DNA of 64,000 nucleotides from Deltaproteobacteria bacterium (GTDB lineage Bacteria; Bdellovibrionota; UBA1018; UBA923): NCBI GenBank assembly GCA_016186905.1, contig JACPKS010000044.1, positions 3,456 to 67,455 of the forward strand, read 5' to 3'. Shown piece by piece: positions 56,707 to 64,000 of this stretch (position 1 is its first letter; each line of letters starts with the position of its first letter). The notes under the pieces were generated by a model. It saw only the letters and a program-made list of their open reading frames with translations, ran no database searches and was not told where the DNA came from. The position numbers and the translations under genes were made by a program.

Positions 56707-57794
56707 GAGATGAAGTACGCGAGGTCTTCCCAACCGTGCGCGACGTGGAGCGACCCGCCGAGCGCACGAAGTTTCGCGCGCTCCTCGCACGCGTTGCGGG
56801 CGCGGCTAATTTGCAGCTGACGAACATTGTCCTGCCGTTTTTGCATCTCGAAAATATCCTCGAGGCAGAAAAAACCTTCGAGCGCCTGCCATTTCGCGCA
56901 TTCCGCGCGGAAGCCGCCCAAGTGAATCACCGAGCGAGCACCGGGCGCCGCAAGAGCCGGGACGGAAAAACAGTGCCGGTGCGCTGTTTTTATTGGAGCG
57001 CCAGCGGAGCGACCCGCGGCGCCAGTAACAGCGGCGTTTTCCGCTCGAAACCACTCGATGCGCTTTTCGTCGCCGGCTGCCGCTACTGGAATGCATACGA
57101 CGGCATGCGCGGCGTTCTTCCACGCCTGCGCTTCCTCATCGCGCGATTCCAGCACGCGGATGCGGGCTTCGCGATGTTCGCGCCGCAGCTCCTCGGCCAG
57201 CGCCCGCGCTTTATCCACGTTGCGATTCGTAATCCAAAGCTCGTGCTCCAAGAGCCATGGCGCGATCGAGACTGCAAGCTTTCCGGCCCCCACGAGCAGA
57301 ACCGGTTCGGCGCGGCCGGTCGCCTGCGAGCGCTCGCGCAGAAACCTTCGCACGAGGCTTCCGTAGGAAGAGCCGCCCAGACGATCGAGATAACGCGAAC
57401 GCACTTCCTTCGTGTCTTCGAAAAGCCCCTGCATGAGCGGCGAAAGAGCGGCTTCTTGAGCCGGCGCAATTCCGGCGCGCTGCCGCCAGGCTTCTTTCAC
57501 CTGTCCGAAGATGTCGGTTTCGCCGGCGATCTCGCTTTCAAGCCCCGCGGCGACGCGCAGAAGAAACGCATAGGCCTCGATTCCGGCATGAACCTCAACG
57601 CCTTGATCTTCGCCATGCCGGCCATGATCGAAGTGGGGAAACAGATCGGATGTGTATACCCAGAGTTTTCTAAGACAGGTATCGATGCGCAGCGCACCGG
57701 AGAGCGCGCCCGGACATGGAAGCGCAAGCGGTCTGGGAAGCCCCTGCTTGCGAAAATTGATCACTCTTAGCCGGTGAAAGTCTTGCGGATGCAT
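56703..57794 (-). CDS. hemA: Glutamyl-tRNA reductase
   Basis: GLESEIAGETDIFGQVK and the NADPH-binding GAGKLA motif. Its ATGA overlaps the hemC start. Confidence 0.75.
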   Translation of the reverse strand: MHPQDFHRLRVINFRKQGLPRPLALPCPGALSGALRIDTCLRKLWVYTSDLFPHFDHGRHGEDQGVEVHAGIEAYAFLLRVAAGLESEIAGETDIFGQVKEAWRQRAGIAPAQEAALSPLMQGLFEDTKEVRSRYLDRLGGSSYGSLVRRFLRERSQATGRAEPVLLVGAGKLAVSIAPWLLEHELWITNRNVDKARALAEELRREHREARIRVLESRDEEAQAWKNAAHAVVCIPVAAAGDEKRIEWFRAENAAVTGAAGRSAGAPIKTAHRHCFSVPALAAPGARSVIHLGGFRAECAKWQALEGFFCLEDIFEMQKRQDNVRQLQISRARNACEERAKLRALGGSLHVAHGWEDLAYFIS

Positions 57795-57947
57795 CCGGGT
57801 ATTTACCTGCCTTGCCTAACCTATAAAATAACCGATCGGGCACCGAAAATTGTCACGGTTTTGTCATGGGGAATACTTTCGTACAGGGCCGGTGACCAAC
57901 CAGAACCTGACCCTGAAATGAGGGCGTCAAAAACGGTTTCGATGAAT

Positions 57948-57976
57948 TTGACCGATAGGCCGAGCCATGGTATATT
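57948..57976 (+). promoter_or_regulatory. Sigma-70-like promoter TTGACC-N17-TATATT giving a near-leaderless vapB transcript
   Basis: The -10 element ends about 7 nt before the vapB ATG at 57983. Confidence 0.35.
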
Positions 57977-57982
57977 AAACAC

Positions 57983-58210
57983 ATGAAACGTACAAATCTT
58001 GTGTTAGACGAGACTCTACTCAAGACGGCAACCCGCCTCTTGGGCGCGAAAACATACTCGGAAGCCGTTAATCGCTCGCTTGAGGAAGCAATTCGGATCG
58101 GCAAGATCCGGGGGCTATTCAATCTTATGGGGCAAGTGGAATGGGAGGGCGAACTATCTGAAATGAGACGGGATCTCCCGAAGCGGCGCCCGGGCAAAAA
58201 GCAGCAGTAA
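57983..58210 (+). CDS. vapB: VapB-family antitoxin
   Basis: 75-aa protein directly upstream of a PIN toxin with a 1-nt gap. Confidence 0.6.
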   Translation: MKRTNLVLDETLLKTATRLLGAKTYSEAVNRSLEEAIRIGKIRGLFNLMGQVEWEGELSEMRRDLPKRRPGKKQQ

Positions 58211-58211
58211 A

Positions 58212-58598
58212 ATGAGCCTGATCCTGGTCGATACCTCAATATGGATTCGGATCTTGAGCCGCAAGAACACGGCGCTCTCAGACCCGACCGAGATGGAGCG
58301 GTACGCCACCTGCTTGCCCATCATTCAGGAAGTGCTTCAAGGAATCCGATCGGATCTACATCATTCGACGGTTAAGGATGGGCTTCTCGCTCTTCCTTGT
58401 TTATCGAACCCTATTGATTCCGACGTTTATATTCAGGCGGCCGACCTCTATCGATCAGGCCGAAGACGAGGTCTGACGATTCGTTCTTCGGTTGATTGCC
58501 TCATCGCCGTGATCGCAATCCGCGGGAACATCGAGATTTGGCATCACGACCGGGATTTTGACAAGATCGCGAAATTCACGGATCTCAAAGTTTTTTAA
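58212..58598 (+). CDS. vapC: VapC-family PIN-domain toxin
   Basis: MSLILVDTSIWI...D...D matches the acidic PIN residues. Confidence 0.8.
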   Translation: MSLILVDTSIWIRILSRKNTALSDPTEMERYATCLPIIQEVLQGIRSDLHHSTVKDGLLALPCLSNPIDSDVYIQAADLYRSGRRRGLTIRSSVDCLIAVIAIRGNIEIWHHDRDFDKIAKFTDLKVF

Positions 58599-59614
58599 GA
58601 AGCACGCGTAACCGCGATATTCAACACCGCTTTCGCCCACTCCTCCCGCGCGTTCACGGCAGGAATGTAAACGAGCTCCTCGCCGCCGCTTGCGCGAAAA
58701 ATATCGCGGCCGCGAATCGCGATCTCTTCCAGAGTCTCAAGGCAATCTGAGACAAAAGACGGACACAGCACGGCCAACCGCCGAACGGGCCGCGGAGCTC
58801 GCGAACCATCGGGCAACTTTCCGGACGCAAGCTCCGTCAGCACCACGTCCGTGAAAGGCCGAATCCACGGCGTGCGCCCGAGCCGCGACTGAAACGAAAC
58901 ACCGTATTCCCCCGCTGGAATTTCCAACCGCGCGGCAAGCCCGCGCGCCGCCGCGAAACACTGCTCGCGATAATCGAAGCCGCTCGTCCGCACCGCTTTT
59001 CGAACTTGCCGCTCCGGCAATCCGTGAAAACTGAAAAGCGTGAAATCCGCCCTGGCCGCGGCATGCGCGGCCCGCGACACCGCCGCGACCGCATCCAAAA
59101 AAAACGGCGAATCGCAAAAAGGAGGAAGAACATCGACGTCGAGCGACGAGAACTCAAGTTTTGAAAGCACGCGCCGGATCTCGCGCACCGACGATTCGGT
59201 CGCCGAAAGCGAATATTGCGGATAAAGCGGCAGCGCGAGGATTTTGCGCAAGCCTTCGTCGCGAAACGCCGCGAGAGCCGATTCGATCGAAGGATTCCCG
59301 TATCGCATCGCCATTTTCACGCGATGCCGCCCGGGCGCCGCGGCGTCGGCCTCACGTTGAACGGCCGCCGCGAGCTCGAGCGTGTGGAACAGCAGCGGCG
59401 AGCCGCGCGAAGTCCAGATCTTTCGGTAGGCCTCAGCACTCGCACGCGCGCGCCCGCGCAAGATCAAAAAATTCACGAGCGCCCAGCGAAACGGATACGG
59501 AATGTCGATGACGTCGGGATCCATCAGGAACTCGCGCAGGTACGCTCCCACCTTTTCGGGCGTGGGCGCGTCAGGCGTGCCCAGATTCACGAGAAGGATG
59601 CCGACGGTATTCAT
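58595..59614 (-). CDS. hemH: Ferrochelatase
   Basis: ILLVNLGTPD N-terminus and conserved His/Glu residues. Confidence 0.85.
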   Translation of the reverse strand: MNTVGILLVNLGTPDAPTPEKVGAYLREFLMDPDVIDIPYPFRWALVNFLILRGRARASAEAYRKIWTSRGSPLLFHTLELAAAVQREADAAAPGRHRVKMAMRYGNPSIESALAAFRDEGLRKILALPLYPQYSLSATESSVREIRRVLSKLEFSSLDVDVLPPFCDSPFFLDAVAAVSRAAHAAARADFTLFSFHGLPERQVRKAVRTSGFDYREQCFAAARGLAARLEIPAGEYGVSFQSRLGRTPWIRPFTDVVLTELASGKLPDGSRAPRPVRRLAVLCPSFVSDCLETLEEIAIRGRDIFRASGGEELVYIPAVNAREEWAKAVLNIAVTRAS

Positions 59615-59706
59615 GCGCGCACCCAGCATAGAGGAAGTGCCCCCGGTGGACAACGCCGGAGTTCCATCGTAAATTCGGGCGAACCTTAACTGAAACGGAG
59701 AATACG

Positions 59707-60129
59707 ATGGCCAACAACAACGCAGTGATGGAATGCCTCAATAAAATTTTTCTCGCCGAGATCAGCGGCATCATCCGCTACCTGCACTACTCGTTCATGA
59801 TCATGGGGCACAACCGCATCCCGATCCAGAAATGGCTGCGCGACCGCGCGACCGAGAGCATGGATCACGCGACGACGATCGGCGAGAAGATCACCTCGCT
59901 CGGCGGCCACCCGCCGGTGATCGCGGCGAAGGTCGAGGAGACGAACGTCCATACCGTCGATCAGATTCTTAAAGAAAGCCTCAAGTTCGAGGAAGAGGCC
60001 CTGAACTTCTATAAAGATCTCGTCAAGCTCGCAGGCGACGACGTCGCGCTCGAAGAGCTCGCGCGTGCGTTCGTGCGCGCCGAAACCGAGCACCTCGACG
60101 AAGTCCGCAAAATGCTTCGAACCTCTTAA
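59707..60129 (+). CDS. Bacterioferritin-like (ferritin-like diiron) protein
   Basis: Ferritin-like ExxH motifs with Bfr-like spacing. Confidence 0.6.
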   Translation: MANNNAVMECLNKIFLAEISGIIRYLHYSFMIMGHNRIPIQKWLRDRATESMDHATTIGEKITSLGGHPPVIAAKVEETNVHTVDQILKESLKFEEEALNFYKDLVKLAGDDVALEELARAFVRAETEHLDEVRKMLRTS

Positions 60130-60140
60130 ACGCGTCCGGC

Positions 60141-60488
60141 ATGCTCCCGCACGGCGGCGAAGACCACGACGGCTCCGAACATGACGAAACCGAAGGGGGT
60201 GTCGCGGTCGAGGCAGCGAAGCCGAAGGTCAAAGAACCGCCAAAATACGCGGTGATTCTTCACAACGACGACTACACGACGATGGAATTCGTCGTGGAAG
60301 TTCTCGAGCGCTTTTTCAACAAGACCGGCGACGAGGCGACGCGGATCATGCTGAAGGTCCACCAGACCGGCCGCGGCGTGGCGGGGATTTACAGTCACGA
60401 AATCGCCGAAACCAAAGCCGCGCAGGTCGTCGAATACGCGCGCTCCAAGGGCCATCCCCTGCTCGCCACCGCGGAGCCGATGGACTAG
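60141..60488 (+). CDS. clpS: ATP-dependent Clp protease adaptor ClpS
   Basis: [20 protein letters not shown] core. Confidence 0.85.
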   Translation: MLPHGGEDHDGSEHDETEGGVAVEAAKPKVKEPPKYAVILHNDDYTTMEFVVEVLERFFNKTGDEATRIMLKVHQTGRGVAGIYSHEIAETKAAQVVEYARSKGHPLLATAEPMD

Positions 60489-60502
60489 AGCCGGTGCACT
60501 AA

Positions 60503-60820
60503 ATGGCTGAAAAACGACCGAAACGACGGCGTCATCGCAAAAAAGCCCCTACTCCAAGGGAAGAGCCGATCCCGCTTCGTCCAGTGCATCCTTGGAGGCT
60601 GTGCCCTACGGGGCAGTACTTTCGAAGCGCCCATTGGCAGTCGGAGTATGTGACGAAAAATGGAAAAAGAGTCCATGCACAGCTGAAGGATCATTATGTT
60701 AATATCTCTATGGAGGACGCGATTGATCCCAATCTAAATATTTGTGCAGGTATCCGCTGGCTGTTTCAGAAAAAACGCTTTGAGCAGAGCTGCAAGAAAG
60801 GCGAGAGAATCCGCCTGTGA
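60503..60820 (+). CDS. Hypothetical basic protein at the start of the AT-rich insert
   Basis: ORF only. GC drops after about 60600. Confidence 0.3.
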   Translation: MAEKRPKRRRHRKKAPTPREEPIPLRPVHPWRLCPTGQYFRSAHWQSEYVTKNGKRVHAQLKDHYVNISMEDAIDPNLNICAGIRWLFQKKRFEQSCKKGERIRL

Positions 60821-61128
60821 AAGCCATAATCAAACCGAATGACCCGGTTATTGATTTCGTTGTTTTAAGTGCCAATTCTTCGCCACTCATACGGAGCGTC
60901 CGGGTCTTTGGGTCGCGAGCAAAAGAATCCGCTAATGACAAATCAGACTATGACCTCGCGTTCGAGATCGACCCAGCGCTGGAGAAAAATTGGGGTGAGT
61001 TCTGCTCACGTCTCCGCGAAGACAATCCGAAGCTCAATACATTGGATCTTGTTCGCATGGACGAGATCAGCGATACGTTCAGAAAGAAAATTCTCAGGGA
61101 GGGGAGCGTAATTTATGAAAAAAATTGA
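60817..61128 (+). CDS. Minimal nucleotidyltransferase (MntA-like antitoxin)
   Basis: VFGSRAKESANDKSDYDLAFEI fits the GS...DxD pol-beta nucleotidyltransferase motif. AT-rich. Confidence 0.65.
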   Translation: MKAIIKPNDPVIDFVVLSANSSPLIRSVRVFGSRAKESANDKSDYDLAFEIDPALEKNWGEFCSRLREDNPKLNTLDLVRMDEISDTFRKKILREGSVIYEKN

Positions 61129-61507
61129 TCAATACCGCGCGAACCTTTCAAAGGCTTTATGCAGCTTGGAAAAAGCGCTTGCGACTCCTCCAAGCGAAGA
61201 CCGCGACTACGCGGGTATTATTCAAAATTTTGAATTCGTCTACGAGCTAACCTGGAAAACGCTGAAACTCATTCTTGAAAAGGAAGGAATTGAAGCGCCG
61301 TTTCCCCGAGTCGTTTTCGAGGAAGCATTTAAGCGGAACATTCTGGAAGGGAATGAGATCTGGAAAAACATCATCGAATCTCGAAACCTTAGCGCGCATA
61401 CTTACGATCAGAATCTCGCCAAAAATCTCGTTGAGCGCATCACGAAAGAATATCAGCCGGTTTTCAGAAAAACCTTCGAGCGTATTCAGGCCTATAAAGC
61501 TCAATAG
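61115..61507 (+). CDS. HEPN-domain nucleotidyltransferase substrate-binding protein (HepT-like toxin)
   Basis: HI0074-type HEPN helices. It overlaps the MNT gene by 14 nt. Confidence 0.65.
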   Translation: MKKIDQYRANLSKALCSLEKALATPPSEDRDYAGIIQNFEFVYELTWKTLKLILEKEGIEAPFPRVVFEEAFKRNILEGNEIWKNIIESRNLSAHTYDQNLAKNLVERITKEYQPVFRKTFERIQAYKAQ

Positions 61508-61579
61508 CCCAAGTTGACATCCTCCTTTCCAAGCACACCCTTGGATAAAGGAGTAAAATAGGAGCTGAGAGGGCGTCGT

Positions 61580-63910
61580 ATGCTTGGAAAAAGAGCCGAG
61601 GAAGTCTTAAACCGCGCGGGGATGCACGCCGTCCGCCGGCACCACGAATACGTGACGGTCGAACACGTGCTCTTGAGCCTGCTTGAAGAGCAGGAAATCT
61701 GGGACATCATCGTAGCCCTTGGCGGAGACTTCGAGGCGATCAAAGACGACGTCGAGCGATACCTCGACCACGAAGTTCCGAAGGCACGCAAACTCAAGGA
61801 TGAGTCCATGCAGGCTTCCGACGAAGACCTGATCGAACCGCCCGCGGCGACCTTGGGCCTGCAGCGGCTTGTTCAGCGCGCGATCTTTCACGTGCAGTCG
61901 GCTGGAAAAGAGGAGGTCTGCCCCGAAGATTTTTTCGTCGCGCTCTTTCAGGCCAAAGATTCGCTGGGCCTTCACTCGCTTGAAAAACACGGCATCACCA
62001 AACTCAGCACGCTCGAATACTTAAGCCATGGGCGCGAGCTCGACGCCGGCACGCGCCTGCCCGATTCGACGGTCGAAGGCGAGCCGCCCGCGCGAACCGG
62101 CGAGAAAAAAAAGAAGGAACCGGGCAGCGATCCGCTTTCGCAGTTCACCGTGGCGCTCCACGAGCTTGCCCGGCGCGGAAAGATCGACCCGCTCGTCGGG
62201 CGCGAGCGCGAGATCGAGCGGATGATCCAGACGCTTTGCCGCCGCCGCAAGAACAATCCCATTCTCGTCGGCGAAGCCGGCGTCGGAAAAACCGCGCTCG
62301 TCGAGGGCCTGGCCCTTAAAGTCATCAGCGGCGAAATTCCCGCTCTTTTGAAAAATGCCGAGATCTATACGCTCGACATCGGAGCGCTGCTGGCCGGCGC
62401 GCGTTTTCGCGGAGACTTCGAGCAGCGCTTGAAGAAAGTCTTGAAAACCCTGATGAACAAGAAAGAAAAAGGAATCCCCGTCATACTCTTCATCGACGAG
62501 ATCCACACGATCATCGGTGCCGGCGCCGTAAGCGGCGGCGTGCTGGATGCCGCGAATTTGCTCAAGCCCATCCTCTCCCGCGGCGAGCTTCTCTGCATCG
62601 GGTCGACCACCTACAACGAATATCGGAATGTTTTTGAAAAAGACCACGCGCTCTCGCGCCGTTTTCAAAAAATCGACGTGCCCGAACCCACGGTTGCCGA
62701 AACGATTCAAATCCTCCACGGGTTAAAATCGAAATTTGAAGAGCACCACGAAGTCAACTTCACGCAAGACGCGCTCAAAGCCGCCGCCGATCTTTCGGCG
62801 CTGCACTTGAACGACCGCTTTCTTCCGGATAAAGCCATCGACGTCGTCGACGAGTCGGGCGCGCGCGCGCGCCTGGCCGGAAAAAAGGAAGTCGGCGTCA
62901 AAGAAATCGAGGAAATCATCTCGCAGATCGCGCGCATTCCGGCGCGCTCGGTGAGCCATGACCAGAAAACGCGCCTGCGCTCGCTCGACCGCGATCTGAA
63001 ACTCGTGATCTTCGGCCAGGACCACGCCATCGACCAGCTCACCAACGCCATCCGGCTCGCGCGTTCAGGGCTTCGCGCCGGTGACAAACCCGTCGGGTCG
63101 TTTCTCTTCTGCGGGCCGACCGGCGTCGGAAAAACCGAGCTCGCCAAACAGCTCGCGCACGCGATGGGCATCCCCTTCCAGCGCTTCGACATGAGCGAGT
63201 ACATGGAAAAACACACCGTCTCGCGCCTGATCGGCGCGCCTCCGGGGTATGTGGGTTTCGAGCAGGCGGGCCTGCTCACCGAAGCCGTTCGCAAGCAGCC
63301 ATACTCGGTTATTTTGCTCGACGAGTTCGAGAAGGCGCATCCCGACGTCTACAACATTCTGCTTCAGGTGATGGACTACGGCGCGCTCACCGACAACAAC
63401 GGCAAGAAGGCCGACTTCCGGAACGCGATCCTCATTCTCACCTCCAACGCCGGCGGCCGCGAACACGAACGCCGGCCGCTCGGGATGAGCGAGAACGCGC
63501 CGGCCGCCGACGTCTCGAAGAAAGAGGTGGAACGGATTTTCAACCCCGAGTTTCGCAACCGGCTCGACGCGATCGTGTATTTCAATCCGCTTGATCCGAT
63601 CACGGTCGCGCAGATCGTCGGCAAACAGCTCGTGGAGCTCGAAGCCCAGCTCCTCGCCAAGAGAGTCGAGCTCGAGGTCGACGCCGACGCGCGCGAGTGG
63701 CTCGCCAAGAAAGGTTACGACCGCCAGATGGGCGCTCGCCCGATGGCCAAGCTCATCCAGGAGAAAATCAAAAAGCCGCTCGCCGAGGAGATTCTCTTCG
63801 GCAAGCTCGAGCACGGCGGAAACGTGCGCGTAACCATCGACGCAAAAACAGAAGAGCTCGCGTTTGAGTATGAAATCAAAAATGCCGTAGAGCCTGTAAC
63901 AAGCCGATGA
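61580..63910 (+). CDS. clpA: ATP-dependent Clp protease ATP-binding subunit ClpA
   Basis: N-domain repeats and two AAA+ modules (GEAGVGKTA; GPTGVGKTE). Confidence 0.9.
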   Translation: MLGKRAEEVLNRAGMHAVRRHHEYVTVEHVLLSLLEEQEIWDIIVALGGDFEAIKDDVERYLDHEVPKARKLKDESMQASDEDLIEPPAATLGLQRLVQRAIFHVQSAGKEEVCPEDFFVALFQAKDSLGLHSLEKHGITKLSTLEYLSHGRELDAGTRLPDSTVEGEPPARTGEKKKKEPGSDPLSQFTVALHELARRGKIDPLVGREREIERMIQTLCRRRKNNPILVGEAGVGKTALVEGLALKVISGEIPALLKNAEIYTLDIGALLAGARFRGDFEQRLKKVLKTLMNKKEKGIPVILFIDEIHTIIGAGAVSGGVLDAANLLKPILSRGELLCIGSTTYNEYRNVFEKDHALSRRFQKIDVPEPTVAETIQILHGLKSKFEEHHEVNFTQDALKAAADLSALHLNDRFLPDKAIDVVDESGARARLAGKKEVGVKEIEEIISQIARIPARSVSHDQKTRLRSLDRDLKLVIFGQDHAIDQLTNAIRLARSGLRAGDKPVGSFLFCGPTGVGKTELAKQLAHAMGIPFQRFDMSEYMEKHTVSRLIGAPPGYVGFEQAGLLTEAVRKQPYSVILLDEFEKAHPDVYNILLQVMDYGALTDNNGKKADFRNAILILTSNAGGREHERRPLGMSENAPAADVSKKEVERIFNPEFRNRLDAIVYFNPLDPITVAQIVGKQLVELEAQLLAKRVELEVDADAREWLAKKGYDRQMGARPMAKLIQEKIKKPLAEEILFGKLEHGGNVRVTIDAKTEELAFEYEIKNAVEPVTSR

Positions 63911-64000
63911 CCGATCGTCGGGCAAGCGTAGCGTTCTTGACTCATAGCCCAACCTTCTTCGTCCTGGTCTTCCCCCCGTGTTCCATTAATTTGCGCCCGA

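Noticed and set aside
1-64000. CRISPR arrays, rRNA/tRNA genes, IS elements or integrases flanking the island
   Set aside because: There are no regularly spaced direct repeats, no transposase/DDE/serine-recombinase ORFs and no tRNA-like structures. The only recombinase is a chromosomal XerC/D-type gene at 20731-21651 with no adjacent mobile-element genes.

Overview
High-GC chromosomal segment from a Gram-negative bacterium, almost entirely protein-coding. No rRNA, tRNA, CRISPR array or transposase was recognised. Secreted proteins are abundant, including HExxH metalloprotease-like proteins and a TIGR02147-like regulator family known from Fibrobacter and Bdellovibrio, so a predatory or Bdellovibrio-like lineage is a guess only. 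The housekeeping backbone comprises a three-gene proton-translocating transhydrogenase operon (pntAA-pntAB-pntB), argS, mutS, an AmiC-like amidase, a XerC/XerD-type recombinase, scpA-scpB-rluB, and a large heme-biosynthesis cluster (hemY, hemN, hemE, an embedded two-component system, hemL, hemB, a hemC-hemD fusion, hemA, then hemH) followed by bfr, clpS and clpA. Accessory content interrupts this backbone. (i) Two small-lipoprotein genes are each preceded by the same ~170-bp conserved leader, which ends in a perfect sigma-54 promoter (TGGCAC-N5-TTGCA). (ii) An operon encodes a TIGR02147-like HTH regulator and three secreted proteins, one with ankyrin repeats, downstream of a 54-bp near-perfect palindrome. 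(iii) A ~12-kb island (31.3-43.4 kb) carries mazEF-like and abiEi/abiEii toxin-antitoxin pairs, a decayed second copy of the abiEii 3' end, and two diverged paralogous giant secreted proteins, each next to a COG1373/DUF4143 AAA+ ATPase. The first giant protein has a clear PARP-like H-Y-E ADP-ribosyltransferase signature. (iv) vapBC is inserted inside the heme cluster, and an AT-rich MNT/HEPN toxin-antitoxin cassette sits between clpS and clpA. (v) A REP-like family of long terminator hairpins occurs twice. The paired secreted PARP-like ART plus AAA+ ATPase modules are the best candidate for an undescribed system.
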